This document shows, piece after piece, positions 60,756 to 64,000 of a DNA stretch of 64,000 nt. Source of the DNA: Macrostomum lignano (taxonomy: Eukaryota); the NCBI GenBank assembly GCA_002269645.1, contig NIVC01000157.1:248001-312000 (forward strand), given 5' to 3'. The notes under the pieces were generated by a model. The model saw only the letters and a program-made list of their open reading frames with translations. It was not told the DNA's origin and did no database searches. Within the stretch, counting starts at the first letter, position 1. Each line of letters begins with the position of its first letter. The position numbers and the translations under genes were made by a program.

Positions 60756-63700
60756 CTGAAATAATGGGTTTAATGAGTGCACGAACCCTGATTATTGTTG
60801 TATCTGAGCCCTTGTCAGAGTTCTTAAAAAGAATACATGCTGATTCAAAATTTTTTAAATGAGATCAATATGGATATCGCGGCTTCTATGAGTTGGATAA
60901 AGGAATTGCGTCGAGGAAAAGAAAGAACCTAGAGCATTGAGACTAATTACATTACAAGGGAGCAGTTGTTGGCTGAAAGAAATACATTTCTTACAAAACG
61001 CCATTGACCCAATTTTTCGCTAGCCCTTTATATTAATACTTTACTTGTTATATTAGAAATTTATATTGTTTAATAATTATTTATAGAAATACAAAATATA
61101 ATATTTTTTTGTAAAACTCATGAGCGAAAGCAAATTAACTCTTGTTCAGAAGTTAAAAATACCTTTTAAGCTGTTCAACAGAGTCTTCTGCGATAGAAGA
61201 CAACCAATGAATTGAGGGCAAAGCCATTTATCATTGGCAACAAACTAACTACAAAGGAATCAGGAGAGTCAAATCAAGCCAGGCCAGAAGGAATCGAGTA
61301 ATTTACAGCAGGTTGTCGTGTTAAAAGCATATTATTTACCCTCGAAATAGAAATTATGTCTTCTAGTCTTCTACTTTTTGTAACAAATTTTGTAGTACAG
61401 CATAAGCTCTATTAGCCTAGAAACAAAATTTTTAGTTACTTGGAATAAAAATAAACTAGCTTTGTTATAACGAACAATAGTTCACAGAAAGTTTTTTAAA
61501 TTAAGCCGCAATGTGCTTGCAACTGATCGAGTTTAGACATAGTTTACAGTTTACAAGCTGGCTCGCTCAAGCTGTTCAGTGTTCAAGATAATGCAAAAAA
61601 CGAGAATACTTCTATGACGAGCAATTTTAGTAATGCGGCTTATAAATTAGACCAAATTAAAGGTTGAATTTTCGTCTTTGTGCAATGTGCATAAATATGG
61701 TCCAAGACCAATTCTACTGTCCCGTGTCCTCAAGTCCAAGGGCAAGGCCCAGGGGAGGGGCGAGAGCCGATATAAAAAAGTTTGAATTATTTCATTCACA
61801 ACAGTTATTACGACTTAGTCAATACCAACATCTTTTCTACTGGTTAAAAACAATGTTTTGACTAGTTGTACTTGTCTTTTTTTAAGAAGCCAAATTGTTT
61901 CATTGATTTTTCATTTCTAATATTTGAGGGCAGAGGCTAGGACCTAGCCAGTAGTGCAACCAGAAATTTGTTGCGGAGGATGGATTCTGAAGGGTAAGGA
62001 CCCAAGAGGGCAGAGGAGGTGCAGCTTTCTGGGCTTTGTATTTTGGCAAAAATTCACTTGGTCCCCCTTTGGCCTTTTCCATAGGCCTAGTTTACAATTA
62101 CAACATCCTGAATGTATGCCAGACTAAAATCTCCCACAATTTTTTTTGTATGCCAGTATATGGCAATTTTTTTCCAACCCAAAATTAAAATCCCAGATTT
62201 AAAGAAAAAATAAGCCTCATTACGAGCCTTATTTCTTATATTGCGCCATTGTGGCGCATTGAATGACATATTTTGCTCTTTTATTTCACTTTTTTGCTTA
62301 TTCACGGATACTCCTTATTGGCAGGATGTCAATACATGCCAAGATTTCTTTCATTCTTTCAAAATAAGTACTTTCTATAATTCCATTTAAATTTATTTTT
62401 ATTTTACTATTTGATTTTGCAATTGCAGGAACATATATCATGATGTATGCCACTTTTTCACCATCCATTTTTTATACCAAATAGGTTGCCAAATTTAAAA
62501 AAATAAAAAAAATTATATGTCAAAAGTTGTGAGTATAGGCCTATGCTAGAATTATCTGGTATACTACCCCTCTTCCAGACTAAGGCTAGGGCCGCCTCAA
62601 CAATGCTTTGATTTTCAACAACTGCCCCCTGCCCCTATCCCACCCCCCCCCCCCCCCTAGTTAGGCCATTGGATCTAGGTCCTAGGTAGGTGGCAAGCCT
62701 ATTATGATTTGGGATTATTATATTATAGGTCTAACGTCTAATTATATAATAGGCCTAGTACTTAATTATTCAATAAGAATAAATAGACCAATGAAAAAAA
62801 ATAATTTTCAACCATCTTCTAAACACTAGGCCTAGGCCTTATAGTAAATTTTAATTAAAAACTAATTAGTGATATACTTTACTTTTTAGTTTAACCTTAA
62901 CTAATTTTAGTCTTTAGTTAAACAATATATTTTGTTTTATTTGTCCATTATTTAATAAATAGATGATTGAAAAATTGGTTATTAAAATATGAATGAAAAA
63001 CTACTATTTAAAGAGTATAGCAGATTTTGATTTTTATATGTAGAGATGTATGTCACTTCTATCCTTTAAAACAATCTTATCAATTAGTCTGTTAGTCACT
63101 AGCTATAACAGGCTTCTTGTTTTTCTATATTATAAACTCTATTGATGGTCTGATGCTACCAGCTGTGATAGGTGTATCTTCCTCTGTCTTTTAAATATTC
63201 TATAGGCTGCCATCAAAGTTGTCCTATTTATATCTCTAATTATTTCTTAGAATCAGTTAATGATTTCTCTTTAGTATACTTCTAGATAGCCTCTTATATA
63301 TTAGTCTGGTACTTGTAGCATCTAATGTATTATTCTAGTAGCATCTAATGTATGGCATGAGCAGTCTAGTACTAATACATGAGTTAGTCTAATTGGGAAT
63401 TACCAAGACTAAAAGGTCATGGCAAAACTCTAATATATCTCTGCAAATTAGTCTCCAATGAGTAGCTCATTTTTGCTCAGGGCTATCTGACTTCATTTGG
63501 CAACAAGGCAATGATGATGCCTGCAGTGATGTCCTTAGCCATTTGTTGCTTATGCCGGGTACTTTCAATTGCATTGGGCAATGAAGTGATGCCTTTTTTG
63601 TCAATGTTGGGCATTAGTGGTGGCTCCATATCTTCTGATGGATTGCCAATTAGATCTTGTAGGAAGTCAATAGAGTTGTCCATTTAATTCTCTTAAAATA

Positions 63701-64000
63701 AAGAGGAATAGAAGTGGTAAGCTATGGGGTCTGTGGGGCCTGCAAGGGGTTCGTATTTATAGGCTGCAGGCCAAAAAACTGGACCTTTTTGAAGCACTCC
63801 CCTCGTACCTGGGGCAGGGTATGCCAGATTTGACAGATTTGACTAAACTAATAGTTGCAAAAGTTAATTACTATAAAGATTGTTGGTAGTTTTAAATCTA
63901 CTTTGTTATTGAAGTGGCTTTTATTGAAGTGAATTATATTCACAAAAAGACTATATACCATAGTTTTTCTAACAAAACTATTTTGACTTTGTAAGCTTGT

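Noticed and set aside
63483-63683. 66-aa minus-strand ORF as a candidate first exon of the kelch gene
   Set aside because: No kelch similarity and no phase-compatible splice path found.

Overview
Repeat-rich animal genomic DNA with spliceosomal introns and no prokaryotic features. The GPCR type and the minisatellite-filled introns suggest a lophotrochozoan, possibly a free-living flatworm such as Macrostomum (inference). Genes reconstructed by hand from splice sites: (1) the last four exons of a ferlin (+, 1458-4491) and a rearranged partial ferlin duplicate lacking the transmembrane exon (+, 18987-20729); (2) a two-exon secreted prohormone-like gene with three YWPGMW repeats (+, 34604-35645); (3) an almost intronless M13/neprilysin-like peptidase (-, 39757-42115); (4) a two-exon rhodopsin-type peptide-receptor-like GPCR (-, 46007-47496); (5) a three-exon RFamide prohormone ending VVRIRF-G-stop with the NPY/NPF-type phase-2 intron (+, 53616-54171); (6) eight exons of a kelch-repeat protein (-, 55208-60755, 5' end not found). 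Genes 2-5 lie within about 20 kb and look like a ligand/peptidase/receptor neighbourhood, the most interesting observation here. Mobile DNA: a decayed Ty3/Gypsy element, a solo LTR with a 4-bp TSD, two Penelope-like fragments each with a minimal hammerhead ribozyme (one with an apparently permuted linker/endonuclease order), an intron-containing Crypton-type tyrosine recombinase relic, a MITE, a LINE 3' end and a possible SINE head. More than 25 micro/minisatellite arrays account for most long ORFs in the supplied track, which are spurious. All coordinates were counted by eye and no database searches were run.
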